Source: Lama guanicoe
Taxonomy: Eukaryota
Assembly (NCBI GenBank): GCA_013239625.1
Contig: MU056000.1
Span: 7,727,214-7,791,213, forward strand
Length of the DNA: 64,000 nt
Direction: 5' to 3'
Part shown: positions 39,576-52,508 of the stretch, piece after piece
How the letters are laid out: each line of letters starts with the position of its first letter
Numbering within the stretch: the first letter of the stretch is position 1
The notes under the pieces: generated by a model
Database searches by the model: none
Seen by the model: the letters and a program-made list of their open reading frames with translations, nothing else
Told to the model about the DNA's origin: nothing
Made by a program: the position numbers and the translations under genes

Positions 39576-40399
39576 TGCTGAGATTTTTCTGGCTTCATTG
39601 GAGACACCACGCAATGGCCCCTTTTGGTACACGACGTAGACAATTCAGAGACAGTGGCACATCAAAGAGAGGCTCGGACGGAACCCCTTGGAGAGGGTAC
39701 TTGTGCCAAGTCACAAGTATATTGGATTTGCCACTCCGTCTTCGCGTGTCTGAATCTGAGGCAAGCTTGTTTTGGTAATTAAAGCATGGCATTCTTGGCA
39801 GCTTTTTCCTCTCGAACTTAGGGAATAACAAAGCAGGCTCTTTTTCTTTATCAAACTCCACACATGTGCAGGGCGACATAGTTACGGGTGCTTGGGATTC
39901 CAGCTACTTGTGCCATTTGCAGATAGTTCTTTATTGCCAACACTTTCCCTGACTGTTCCCTTAGTTACCAGAGGGCTTCGCAGAAGAATAGAGACATGAT
40001 GGCCAAATAGAGTCTTAGTGAAAGGAGTACGTTTCTTATTGGGAAAAACAATTTTAAGCATCTGCATAAAGAAGACTTGTGCCGGTAATAAAACGAAACA
40101 TGGGGTTTGGAGGAAAGGCCTCATCTCAACAGGCCTGAGATCACCTTAAATATACTGAGAGTTTTTAATCTCTCACAGAACAGAGACACTGGATAAAAAC
40201 CTTTGCCTGGGAGCCTCCACGGAACCAAGGGAGACCCGCGCCAGAGCAGAACAGGACAGTTACTACTAGCTAGAACTAGCGCTCCTGCTATTGCCATGAG
40301 GCATAAGACTGATGATCATCAGCGAACATTAATTCAGGGCCCGCCGAGCTCCAAGCGTGGCTCTGAGTACTCTGTAGGTTTCATTTACATTTCAGGGCT

Positions 40400-40505
40400 G
40401 TTGTATGAGGTCAACACTATTCTGTCGAACATGAAGCATCAAAGGCACAGAGAAGGTAAGTAACCTGCCCAAGTGCACAGCACCCACCACTGAGCCAGAG
40501 GCGAA
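40400..40505 (-). mobile_element. MIR fragment
   Basis: aggcacagagaaggtaagtaacctgcccaagtgcacagc is the reversed MIR core. Confidence 0.65.
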
Positions 40506-41199
40506 AGGCCAGCAAGGGGAAAAGATACCAAAAGGAACATCAGAGATGCCAAGGGAGGGGGCACAAGAGACACATCCCACTACGTTCATCAGGGGTTCCC
40601 GGCAAACCGCGCCTCATGGTTCCAGCCCACGTGCTTCACCTCTCAGCCCCCAGCCTCACCGCTCTTCCCAGTCCTCGCCCCCAACCCCAGGCAGCACACC
40701 TTCCTCCCTCTTCCCCTTGAAAAGAGCACTTGCCCTGGCCTGGCGCTGCTGCGGGTGAAGTTGGTAAAATCTGAAGGCTTGCGACACGGTGGACACGTTT
40801 CAGGGTCTTCACAACGACTCAGGGTCTTTGCAGGAGGACCACTTACTTTTCCGTATTATAACAACGTCCTCACGAGGAGCTGCTTGCCCCGCGCTAAGAG
40901 GTTTCAGATAAGCTCTGTGTTTACATGCATCCAAAGAGTAGTTGTATTCCCTCCTATAGAATTGCCCGCTTGTTTCCGTTCAGTGCTTTTCACGTACTCT
41001 CTGATGGCAAACAGCAGACTGAGAGCTTCGACGTGGCTTCCGAGAACAACGCGTGGCTTCCCGACAGCCCTTCGCCGGCTGAAGCTTTAACAAACGGGAA
41101 CGGTCAGATTTTCCACCTGCCACGTGAGTGCTTGCTTGAGGTCCGGCAAGACCTAAATCACTTCTTTCACATCCTAGGCTTGATTAAGGAATGAACAAA

Positions 41200-41742
41200 G
41201 CGAAAAGTCTGCGAAAAGAGGGTCAAGGACCTCGGAACTCCAGCCACAGAGTGAGGCTTTCTAGACAAATACTCTCGGGATCTTAAAAGGACCCAGCGGA
41301 AAGGCATGAAGAGCATTTTAAACCGGAGACGTCTGAGATACAGCAGACGCCAGAAAAAGCCTTTTCTGAGCTCCTCTTATCTGACTAAAGTCAGGGCTTT
41401 CTGAGAAGGAAGACGCCACAAATCCTCCGGCCCGGGAGCTTCCAGGCAAGGAGACGGGCCGTCAGCACTGTGAGGAGCAACTGCGTAACCAGACTTCACA
41501 GAAGCTGCTCTGTCCTCCAGCTGTCCCCCTGGAAGCCCCGTGCCCCGCTCCTTCCCACTGTTAAGCTGGTACACAAACCACTACCCTTGGCTGTTCGGTG
41601 AATCACTCAGATGCTGAGTATCCCGCATGCATGTGAATAAACTCTGTCTTTTCTCCTGCGACCCTATTGTAACAAGTAACCTGCACCCCCGCCCCCCGCC
41701 CCTGCCCACTAAGACTAAGTTAGTAGCAAAAGTGTTCCCCTC
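41200..41742 (+). mobile_element. Old ERV1 LTR remnant (MER34/MER90-like 3' end); 5' boundary uncertain
   Basis: gcatgcatgtgaataaactctgtcttttctcctg...cactaagactaagttagtagcaaaagtgttcccctca resembles the U5 end of this LTR group. Confidence 0.5.
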
Positions 41743-42774
41743 AGCAGTCTGATGCGAAGCCAGGAGCTGGGTGTTGCTCCTCCGTCCGGCACATGCACGG
41801 CTCCTGGTCGCCGGTGCTGGGTTGTTCCAGAGGTTCGCTGGGCTTGGTGGTATTGTACTAAGTGGCCTTTCGCTTTAGAGGAAGAAAACACATTTAAGGG
41901 GGAGCAGAGGTTAGAGAGATTGAGCTGCTGTTGGCCTACGCGTGAGAGCATTGTGAATGGTGATGTGTGACGGGGACCATGGTGGGAATGTCACAGCCAC
42001 CTGGCCAGACACGGTCGGCTAGTGGTGGGATGTCTGTGGATGCTGAAGCCAGAGGAGGTCGACCTGCAGTAGCAAGTTGGCTTTGAGCTGGTTTCCTGGC
42101 TGCAGAAAGAGTCGGCTGCCATGGTCACAGCCCACACGGGCTCTTAGATACACCAGCTCTTGTGGATTGAGTCCTAAGCTGGGACCTCAGGCCACAGAGC
42201 TGGGGCAGGGCTGTCTTCCATCATTGGGCCTTTGCTAGGTACATGCTGGAATCAAAATTCGATGTTTCAGCAACAAGTTTCCTTTCTGAGAATAAATCTC
42301 CCCCGTCTCAATACTATTAGTGAATCTTCTTTTGAGAACCTAAATAAAGGACATTGTGGAATCGCAGTCCCTAGCACGATGCCTTGAAAATGGCAATTAC
42401 TCAGTGAATGTTCACTGACTGAGTTAACTTCATTGCTAAAGAAATATTGACAGATCAGATGTAGAATAAATATATTTCAATGAACCTGGGAAAAACGTAG
42501 TTTTATTCCCAGGTTTAGTGTTATAGAACCTGAAAGAGTTCAGACGACTTATTTCCAAATAATGACGTTTCTCCTCCAAGTTGCTTATGTATCTTAAATT
42601 TGTGGGTTCTTTGCGCAATCTTCATGGCCCTTGAGTCTTCTGAAGGTGCTAATACTTTCTGTAAATAATAATTCAGAGTTCTGTAAGAAGTAGCCGAGTG
42701 AGAGTGAGAAGGGCAGGATGCATTCATAGGAGGAAACGCTGGCCTAGTGAGAGCTAGCACAGTACAATGTATTT

Positions 42775-42930
42775 GATGCTCCACCTTGATCAGTATCAAA
42801 ATTTCCCATGAAGCTTTGGAGACATAGAGATGCTCAGGCTCCAGGCCAGAGACTCAGACTTACGAGGCCTGGGGTCAAGTCAGGACATGTGCTGTTGTGA
42901 GTATTTCCAAAGGTGATTCCACGTTGAGCC
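42775..42930. mobile_element. MER5-like DNA transposon remnant
   Basis: agatgctcaggctccaggccagagactcagactta...ggcctggggt...aggtgattc pattern. Confidence 0.45.
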
Positions 42931-44599
42931 TTTTCCACTTAATTGCTGTGCGTGGAATCCCCACCTTGTGCTGTGTTGCTGTGACATATGTGTATCTACA
43001 TAACCATGACCATCCTTTAACCTGCGTTATAGAAGATCATATGCCTTCACCCACATCCTCCCACTCATGTCCCTAAGTTTGGGGCAGCCTTCCCAGGATG
43101 CCAGCAAAACCAGAAAACAGCCTCACTGATGGAGCAGCTAGGAGACCAGAGGACACTGGAAGCCGACAGGAAGAATACTGATGGTTTCATGGGGTGGGTT
43201 GTGTGGCTCCTCGGTGCTACACAGCCGGCTCTCAGTTATGAGCAAACAAATACACACGCTCTGCTGGGAATTTGAAAGCAGAACTACCGTGATTTTCCAT
43301 TTCCCGTGAGTCACATCAATCTCTAAAAATGGCCTGGGACAAAAATCACATTGCTTATGAAAACTCTGGTGGCACAGAAAGATCCAGTGACACATAAGGT
43401 TAAGAAAATCATTCAGCCATAGCCAACTAAAATTCAAATGAATGGAAAAAAGTATTCAATTTATAAGAAAAAATATTACAGCAAGTCTCTGCTTCCAATA
43501 TCTATATCTACATCCCTATCTGTCTGTCTATCTGTCTATATCTATCTACCAACAGACTAGTAATTTTGTTGAGCCTTACTTAGGACTGCAAAAGAAGGAG
43601 GAAATAAAATATTTTTTTCCTGCAAAATAAGGCAAGCTTATACAAGGTGTCTCTAAGGGTTCTCTATCAATTAGATTTATATCTCCTGGAAGCGTCTCCC
43701 TCACTGCAGGCTATCCTCACTTCTAAACGTTTGACAAAGTCTCCTGCCAAGACCTGTACACCGCTGAAAAATGGGAGACAGGTTCACTACCAGAGCATTT
43801 GTCTGAGCGGTGTCAAGGGAAGGTAGCTACCCCTGCTGTGTTTATAAATGCACCAGCAAAGGAGCGTTTCCATACATTTTCATTATACTATACCCCACAG
43901 ATAAACAACTTGGCATCTCACATATAGACCCTTAAAAACAATTTCTGCCACATGGAAAACTGAACAAGACAGAGTGACTAAGGGATGCTGTTCTGTTCGT
44001 CAGGATCCATCAGTTCCCAGAAGCACTATAATGAGGGATGACTACACACACACACAAGTTACCTGACAGATGAGACTTTCAGTAGTAAAATGTGACTATG
44101 CAGCATAATGAGCCTTCAGGAACTGAAAGGAAAACAAATAGCCAACAAGAGAGTCTGGACCGGAGGATGGAAACCCAGACTGCTCATCGACCTCACCTCA
44201 CTGACCCTCTCCCCACCCCAACGCCATACTGTCTCCTGGGCGGGATCAGCAGGAATGACGTAGTGTGTGAATAAGCTGTTGCTCACTTTCCTTAAACCAA
44301 GAAAACAAACTTAAAAGTGCTCCACGGTAAGCCCTACAGATAATTCTAAAATTACTGGAACACCTGTGGTCTTACACTTTTTAGTAGCACTCATGAAAGA
44401 AACAACATGATGTCTTTCTTGTTTGCTTTATTCAAAGGAAAAAAAAAAGAATAAAATTATGTAAGAAACCTATCTTTGGTTAATGAGCCAAGACATGCTT
44501 GTCTACCTGTGGCTAGGCATCTGATTTTAAGATTAGGCTTCCTGTCGCTGTCTCTGTATTTAGAGAGTTAAAATAATTGGACCATGACTTTAAATATCT

Positions 44600-45616
44600 T
44601 TTTTTTCCTCCCACTGATGATGCACCAATTCATACATTAGTCCTGAGCATCAAATCCATTTCTCCCATTTTCTGTTGCGCATCTCCTCTTTTGTATGTAA
44701 CAGACATTTCAAACTTTCAATCCAAAACCGAACTCCTGATTCTATCAGCCTGTGTCCTCTGTCCTTTTACCATTTGTAACATTTTGCACTCCATCCATCA
44801 GCAAGTCCTTCAGAAATACCTTTCCCACCCCTTCTGCGACAGCTCTGGGCCAGCACAGCGGGATCTCCTTCCCAGACTCCTGAAATCACTCACTCACTGA
44901 CCTTCTTGCTTTCCTGCAGTCTCATCTCCAACTAGCAGCCAGAGGGGACTTCAAGAACTGTGTATCCCATCACGCTCTGCCCAGCCCGCATCTTCAGACT
45001 CCTCGTCTAGGCTTAACTCACCATCACCATCCCCGACCGTGTCTGCCTCATTAACCAGCAGCAAAACACTGACCTCACCGTTTCAGGCACGCGCCAAGCT
45101 GCCTCCTGCTGCAGGGTTTTTGCTTTGCTGCTCCCTTTGCCAATCTTCAGACTCCTCGTCTAGGCTTAAAGTCTTCCCTCACTCACCATCACCATCCCCG
45201 ACCGTGTCTGCCTCATTAACCAGCAGCAAAACACTGACCTCACCGTTTCAGGCACGCGCCAAGCTGCCTCCTGCTGCAGGGTTTTTGCTTTGCTGCTCCC
45301 TTTGCCCAGAAAGCTCTTTCTCCAGAAGGCTTAGCACCTGGCTCTCGTCCACCATTCAGGATTCCACTGGGTGTCAACCCCTCGGAGAAGCCTTTTCTGA
45401 CCACCCGCCCAACATCCTCCCCACGTTGTTACACTCTCATCCATTAAGTGATTCTATTCACACCCAAATCAGAAAGTGACTATTGTTTGCTTCCTGTTGA
45501 AACTGTTTCCATCATTATATCATATGCTCCAAGACGCAGACACTTTCATGCTCTGCTGGGATTAGCACCCACTGGACACTCAATACTCATCAAATTCATG
45601 AAAGAATGAATAAATG
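44600..45616 (+). mobile_element. L2 LINE remnant (3' part)
   Basis: tccaaaaccgaactcctgatt...gaagccttttctgacc, ending in an L2-type aatgaataaatg tail. Confidence 0.65.
44990..45306. repeat. Tandem duplication: 152-bp copy (44990-45141) and 164-bp copy (45143-45306)
   Basis: Copies are identical except for a 12-bp indel (aagtcttccctc), present only in copy 2. Confidence 0.95.
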
Positions 45617-45673
45617 TATGCTGTACACCAGAAACTGACACATTGTAACTGGGTAGACTTCAATTAAAAAAAA
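45617..45673 (+). mobile_element. Minimal (~57 bp) L1 tail insertion
   Basis: tgctgtacaccagaaactgacacattgtaactg...cttcaatt plus poly(A); 16-bp TSD aaagaatgaataaatg/aaagaatgaatgaatg. Confidence 0.8.
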
Positions 45674-46549
45674 AAAGAATGAATGAATGAGGAGGTAATT
45701 AATTCCACATTTTCAAAGTCAACAGACAAGGAGAAAATTATGCTAACCTCTTGAAATATCCAGCTATTTCTTCGTACAAGATCTTGGCAACTGTATTAAA
45801 CAATCACATTAGACGTTTATGGTATGAGAGCTGAATTGTGGCGCTTCCACTCTGAAAGCAGGACTTCCTTATGTTTAATTAGTCCCTAGGAAGTTTGAAA
45901 TACTCTGCTCATTGTCTCCATAATGATACTTTCCACATAGATAAGAAATTATGATCTAGCATAAAATTCGCACTGTAGTCTTAATTAGCTTCAAATGTTA
46001 TCCTTAAATCTTGCCTGGTGTTTCTTACCACACAGTTGGCTGCTTTTCTTTACGTGGTAAAGCTCCCCCGGGCACTGCAGCTCAAAAATGGTACGTGTGG
46101 AAACAGCTTGTGCAAACCCAGCTAATGCATCAGAGACGCACATTCAACGAACGTCAACCCCTGGCCACGTGGGAGCAACGGGAAGGTCATCCCGGGAGTT
46201 CTGGGGGCAGTGGCCTCCAAACCGTGCCCTGTGTGCCCTGGGACTTCATGAACATTCGCTGAGGGAATGCTGAGCTTGGGGTTTTCAAGGAATCCATTTC
46301 CAGAGTCTCAGCTTTCCCATGCCCTCTTACAATAAACCTGATCTGCCTGGAGACCTGTTGTGTGCATATTCGCAGCTTCCCCATCTCGCTGTACAGAACC
46401 CAGTCCACTTCCTCCCTGCTCCTAAGTGGCAGGCGTTCTCTGAGACCAAACCAAGGGTCTTGCACAGGGTTAGTGTCTGCGTTGAAAAGGAAACAACTCT
46501 AATGATGGGCAGTTCATCTTTTTTTTTTCCCCAAAGAGGCAAAAATAAT

Positions 46550-47665
46550 ATTTTATTCAAAAATAAAACTGACAAATCCCTCTTTCAAATATACCTAAGA
46601 AATCTGAACACCATAGCGTTTTAATAGCCACCATCATCCTTTTCAATAATATGTAAGTTCTTCATTAATGTTAGAAATATAATTACTGTTGCTTCTTGAA
46701 CATGTGGCCATTCCACATTCCCCAAGAACTGCACCCTGACTGATGTATTCTGTGCTTAAAAGCCTCTTATTGAACATTCTTTCTGCATCCTTGGCAGCAG
46801 TTTATATTCCCAAAGAAGTTTCCCCTTCTTTACCTTCTCCAACATTGAAGGAGAACCTGCTCAGATCATCACCGACAGATAACTAAAAATAACTTCTGAT
46901 GGTGGATCCCAGTGAGAATTTGAAATAAAACATGTAAGAAGTTGAAATAATCAGGTGGCATTGCTATGAAGAAAGATTTTTTATTCCCTTCACCTTATCT
47001 ATGTAAGTGATGTTTCTTGGTATTTAAATCTATAAACACACAAAAAGATGACAATAGAATGATACTGAATCCTATTCATTCAAACTGTAAGTAATACTCT
47101 TTTTTGAATATTTGAGTTGATTGGGATAAAAGGGCCCATCACCTAAGGGATTCATTTCAAATATAATTTTACTTTTTATATTTAAAAATTTTAATCAAGA
47201 TGTATGATACAGACGTTTTGATCAATTGTACCTAGGAATAACTACAGTAATAACAATGTGTAAGACAATTTTAACTTAAAGCCTAATATAAGGAATATTT
47301 TAACAATAAACTTTAATTTGTATATATTTTGTTTGCAGAAAGAATGTTCAGTAAGAGACGTTTAAGCAAAGAACACCTCGGTCAGGGTGAAATTCGTGGG
47401 AAATGTGGAATGGCCACATGTTCGAGAAGCAACAGAAATTGTATGTCATTTTTAACATTAATGAATAACTCACTTTCATGTCATTTAAAAGGATGATGGT
47501 AGACATTAAACATTATGGTATTCAGATTTTTTAGGTATATTTAAAAGAAGGATGTGTCAGTTTTATTTTTGAAATGCCCCACAGGGAACTACATCCTTGG
47601 TAACAGTTTACAGGGAACTACATTCTTGGCAACAGTTTATATTTAAAAGTGTGATTCTCTGCAGT
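46550..47665 (+). mobile_element. hAT-Charlie transposase remnant (C-terminal dimerisation region)
   Basis: About 46957-47073 translates to GIAMKKDFLFPSPYLCK*CFLVFKSINTQKDDNRM, a decayed form of the hAT motif AMKxLLPFPSTYLCExGFS...KTKxRNRL. Confidence 0.7.
47581..47638. repeat. 29-bp tandem duplication (2 mismatches)
   Basis: acagggaactacatccttggtaacagttt / acagggaactacattcttggcaacagttt. Confidence 0.9.
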
Positions 47666-47667
47666 AA

Positions 47668-48505
47668 AATAAACCATCAATGAAATGAATAGGTAACCTA
47701 CAGAATGGAGGAAAATACTTGCAAATTATGTATCTGATAAGGAGTTGTTATCTAAAATATATAAAGAACTCACACAACAACTAAAAAAAAAAAACTCCAT
47801 ACAATCAGATTAAAAATGATCTGAACAGACATTTTTCCAAAGAAGACACCCAAATGGCCAATGGATGCAGGAAAAGATGCTCAACTTCACTAATCATCAG
47901 GAAAATGCAAATTAAAACCATAATGAGACATTCCCTCCCACCTGTTAGAATGGTTAGTAACAGAAAGACAAGTGTTGGGGAGGATGTGGAGGAAAAGGGG
48001 CCCTGTGCACTGCTGGTGGGAATGTAAACTGGTACAGCCACATGGAAAATGGTATGGAGGTTCCTTAAAAATTAAAAAGATAATTATCATACGATCCAGC
48101 AATTCCACTTCTGGCTATTTAAGGGGAAGAAAATCACTGTCTCAGAAAGATACCTGCACCTCCATGGTCATTGCAGCATTATTTATGACAGCCGGTACAC
48201 AGGAGCAACCTAAGTGTTGGTGGATGAATGGATCAAGAAAATGTGATACACATGATGGAATATTACTCAGCCATAAAAAGAAGCAAATTCTGTCACATGG
48301 ATGGACTTTGAGGGCATCACAAAAAGTAAAATCAGTCAGAGAAAGACAATCACTGTATGATCTCACTTACATGTGAAATCTAAAAAAAAAAAACAACCCA
48401 GAGAACAGATTGGTGGTTGCCAGAGGTGGGGGCATCGGGGAAATGGATGAAGGGGTCACAAGGTACAAACATCTAGTTATAAGATGAGTAAGTCCTGGAG
48501 ATATA
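47668..48505 (+). mobile_element. L1 fragment (ORF2 C-terminus plus part of the 3'UTR)
   Basis: HCWWECKLVQP motif; acagacatttttccaaagaagac; gagaacagattggtggttgccagagg. Confidence 0.88.
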
Positions 48506-48829
48506 AAAAAACATGAGAGGGATTAAATAGTTCTCTAAAAAGGAAAAATAAATGGCAGAGCCCTGCATCAGTAGTTCTATTAATAATTTGCAATCACTGA
48601 TTTATCAATAAACAGACCCCTCCTCCAGCCTGTGTGATCAAACCTGTCAAGGTGATTACCAGGCACGAGAGGAGATCAGACCCAGGAAATGCCAGGAGCA
48701 GTGGGAAAACAGAATAAAATGACTTCAGAACTTCAAGGACAAGAGAATAGACTATCCTCATACCCTGTTGCCCCTCCAGGTAATGACCCTGGCTTGATTC
48801 AGTTATGGGGCTAATCTTGTATTATTGCT

Positions 48830-48992
48830 CTTTTTTATTGAGATATAGTTGACGTACAATATTATGTAAGGTACAGGTGTGCAACATAGTGAGTTACAAT
48901 TTTTAAAGGTCATACTCCATTCACAGTTATTATAAAATATTGGCTGTTGTCCCTGTGTTGTGCAATATATCCTTGTAGCTTATTTATTTTAT
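48830..48992 (-). mobile_element. Short L1 3' tail
   Basis: ttttttattgagatatagttgacgtacaatattatgtaag...ccctgtgttgtgcaatatatccttgtagcttattt. Confidence 0.8.
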
Positions 48993-49410
48993 GGGGCTAT
49001 CCTTCTGCACGTATTTGAACTCTCTCTTTTCTATGTTTAAAATAAGGAATCTCACAGGTCCCTAAATATAAAAAGAAAACTGAGCAGAGACTAAGTAACT
49101 GGCGTAGTTTGTGATAGGCCCTGAACCTGAGATTCCCAAACAAAACAGGCTGGCTCCCACCACCCACGGGTGGGAAGGGAGAAGAGTCCACAGATGAGAA
49201 GAGACAGCCTTGACAGGAAGCATGGGGGTCACCAGAAGATGGGTCTCCAGGACGGCAGAGTCCATCCCACAGCCCTGCCCGGCCTTCCTCCGCCTCCCTC
49301 CCCATCACACGTGGTGGGGATTCCTGGAATCGGTCACCTGCTCTCTCAGACACGTGACCACAGGGGCCAGTAGCTGCCTGAACCCCTTCCCCAGGCTTTG
49401 TCAGTTCCAT

Positions 49411-49976
49411 TGTTAGGCAGTTAGATAGGAATGAGCACCGGGCAAGGAGAGTGGACTGGGGAGGGAATAATCCAGAAGATAATGGTACACCTGTGCTCAG
49501 AATAAGGGGCTTCAGAGAGTTTTACTTTCTCTAAATGAGTGCCAGCAAAGAGAAAACCAGACAGAACCGGACAGCTGCGACTGCGCAGTAGAGAGATGGA
49601 CCTGAGCTGACCTGACTCATTATGATGTAACTAGCCCTGTGGTTTAGACCGCAGTGGGCTTTTCTATCCACACTGTGCGCAAGGACATGCACAGGAAGGA
49701 AAAGGTTATATAACCTACACGTGCCACTCAAATGATGTCAGCTATCAAGTTAGCTTACGGCAGCCCCTAGGCAACCACACAAAAGACACGGGGACTGGGA
49801 GGGGCGATGGGGGTCGTTGTTTTCCTCTTTTGGATCAGCCCGCCTTTAGTTCCTGAAGCTGTACTTTTGCTTTGCTAATAAAATCCTTAATTACACAACT
49901 CTTTCGTCTCCTGTCTGAATTCTTCTTTTTCGGGCAAGGTAAGAACCGAGGCCTTTTTTCCCTTTCTGCGGTAACA
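49411..49976 (+). mobile_element. ERV1 solo LTR (566 bp)
   Basis: TGTTA...TAACA termini, internal AATAAA, 4-bp TSD ccat/caat (1 mismatch). Confidence 0.85.
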
Positions 49977-50422
49977 CAATGATCTAAAATCAAACTGCTC
50001 TTATCAAAGCAAACCAGAGGTGCAGTATTCTTCCTAAAAGTGCAGCAGCATACTTAGAGAGGCAGGTAATGAAGTCATCACGTCAAGAGTCAAGTCTGGA
50101 TCCATTTCAAATCCACTGGCTGGACTGGCGGATTTGTTGTCTAGTTAGGCTAACCGGCATTCTGGGTAGTTGCTGCTTGTTTACTCCGCATCCAGTTGAA
50201 CCAGGGCCCTCAGCTGCCTTCCAGAGCCCCTGGGAGCAGGTGGCTTGCAGACGAAGCAGTGGGGCCACACCGCGGGTGCTACTGTCATTAGTACTGTCTC
50301 CTGTCGGCAGTTTTCCTCCACTTCCCCAACACTGCTCTCCAAGCATCACTCTCATTCCAAACCCCCATGTCCTCCGCTCCATCCCAGCCTACAGTCAGCC
50401 AGCGCAGTTGGGTTGATCACGG

Positions 50423-51078
50423 TGAGACAGGAGGGAAGTGGGCAGGGCGCAGCCATTCAAGGAATGACAGCAATTAACACCAAAATGGCAGAAGATTCAA
50501 CCCCCACTGGGCCTTGAGGATTAAGATGGCAGGAGATTTGACTTCTAGTAGACCTTGAGCTTCATTATACGCCCATTATAATATATTAACATGGTGAATA
50601 ACATGCCCATAGGTGCCATGACAGCTCCAAGGCTAACCACAAAAGGTCAAAGAGTGGGCGGTGGATCGATTCCTGGGAATCCCAGCCCCTGCCCCAGGGT
50701 AGCTGCAATATTCCTCCCACTTGTAAGCATGGAGTACCGAGCCCATAAAAACTGGCAACACCACGCCTCGTGGCCACCTTTCTTGTTCCCTCCTCTTCGG
50801 AGACAGCCACAGTCTGTCTATGGAGTGTGTACCTACTTTTACTTTAACCTGAGCACCCAACCCCCACACCTCATGGCCTTTCTCTTGCCTTTTGAAGCAG
50901 CCCACACTCTATGCAGTATATATCTCTAAATAAATCTGCCTTTACTCAACTGTGGCTTGCTCTTGAGTTCGCTCCTGCGTGAAGCCAAGGACCCACACTT
51001 GGCAGGGCACGTCCCAGGGTCTCAACCGAGATCTGGGACACGCCATCCTCATGCCCCACATCCATTTTTCCTGCGTCA
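50423..51078 (+). mobile_element. MER41-like ERV1 solo LTR (long variant)
   Basis: TGAGACAGG...CCTGCGTCA termini; gccatgacag, ctgtctatggagt and aataaa motifs; homologous to 52509-52948. Confidence 0.82.
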
Positions 51079-52508
51079 CTGGGAGCCAGCTGGGAAACCA
51101 AAAAGCAGCGTGGCTAGACGTGCTGTCTTCAGTCAACGTGGGAAGAAGACAAAACCTGACTCAGTCTGTCCCTTCCCATCTGCACCTAATCACCATGGAT
51201 GCAATCATGTTGACTCGTCTGAGGTCACTGACCCGTTTACGATGGGCTTTGTTGCAAGTTGTACTTAATTACTGAATACTCAGCATTCATTGTTTGCTGC
51301 TCATAGATCGTTACTATCCAACTGAGCAGCACAGGCACATGCTTACCGTTTAAAATGTTGATCCAGGGAGGCCCTGTACTTTGCAATTCAAATGTGTTTA
51401 GCTAGTTCTAGTCCTTTGCTTAATGGGAAGTAGGTAGCTGAACAGCTCCTCTATTCCCCCCTGTAATGATGCTTCAGAAACAATACCCTCTTCTTCATTC
51501 AACAAATACCTCTGTCAATATTCATCACCGACCCTGCCTCTTTTTATTCACTACCTCTTCTCCCCCAGTCTGGACCAATAGTGAGAACTGGTGAGAACGG
51601 GGTACAATTCCAGTACTGCTCCTCTGGGTGAGTGTCACAGCTAAGGTGATGCTTAACGCTAGGATATACAGTATCAGGGCAAGTGAGGAATGTTCAATGA
51701 GGCCAACAAAATTACTCCTTGGGTATTCTCACTGTCTGACATTGCTTAGGTCAGTAGATTAGCATCCTGCCAAAAAAAAGGTCATACGTTCGATCCTCAA
51801 GGCAATCTCGCTGTAGCCAGTGAAGCCTCCACACCAAACCTCCAGGACTCCAGATTCAGAAGCACCTTAAAGCACACCCCGCCTAGCATCACCTCTGCAC
51901 ACCAAAAACACACTTTTGAAACCATTCAGGCCTAGGTATACGGTAGCAGCGAGAACAGTATATCTGGGAAGTGATAAGTGGCTTTAGTTCAAGAGAAGCA
52001 GCTCTCAGAAAGGTAAAGCTAATACCGCCCGCTTCTGTTGAAGGATGGTTGTGAGGCAGGGTTATGTCTCGAAGTATTAACTTGTATATTTTGTTTATTT
52101 TGCTTCTGCTTCGCTTGCTCATTGGTACCCTGAGGGAATTTTTTTTCCTTCCTTAACCCACACCCAGGCAGAGACACAATCTCAGAGGATCCACGGGCCT
52201 GAGTAGTAGCGGGAACATCTGGATGCTGCTTGAAGAATCAGTTTCAGGTTCCAAAGATCAGCTGAGTCCGGAGCCGTGGGAAGGTGTACCGGGGGAGGAG
52301 CAGGGCCTCCAGGGCTCCCATCTAAGCCTGCCGGACACTGGCAGGCTTCCCAGGTGCTGGGGAACTCAGCCACCCTGAGTGGGGAAGGACGTGTCAACGG
52401 GAAATGCCGCCTCCATCAGAACAATTCAGACGGTCTCAGTAGCCTTCCCAGCACTGAACTCTGTTGTCAGTCTTAGACTTGCATTTGATGCTTTCAACAA
52501 GCTTTTTA

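Noticed and set aside
45039..45479. 146-aa ORF with an internal repeat
   Set aside because: Artefact of the tandem duplication within an L2 remnant.
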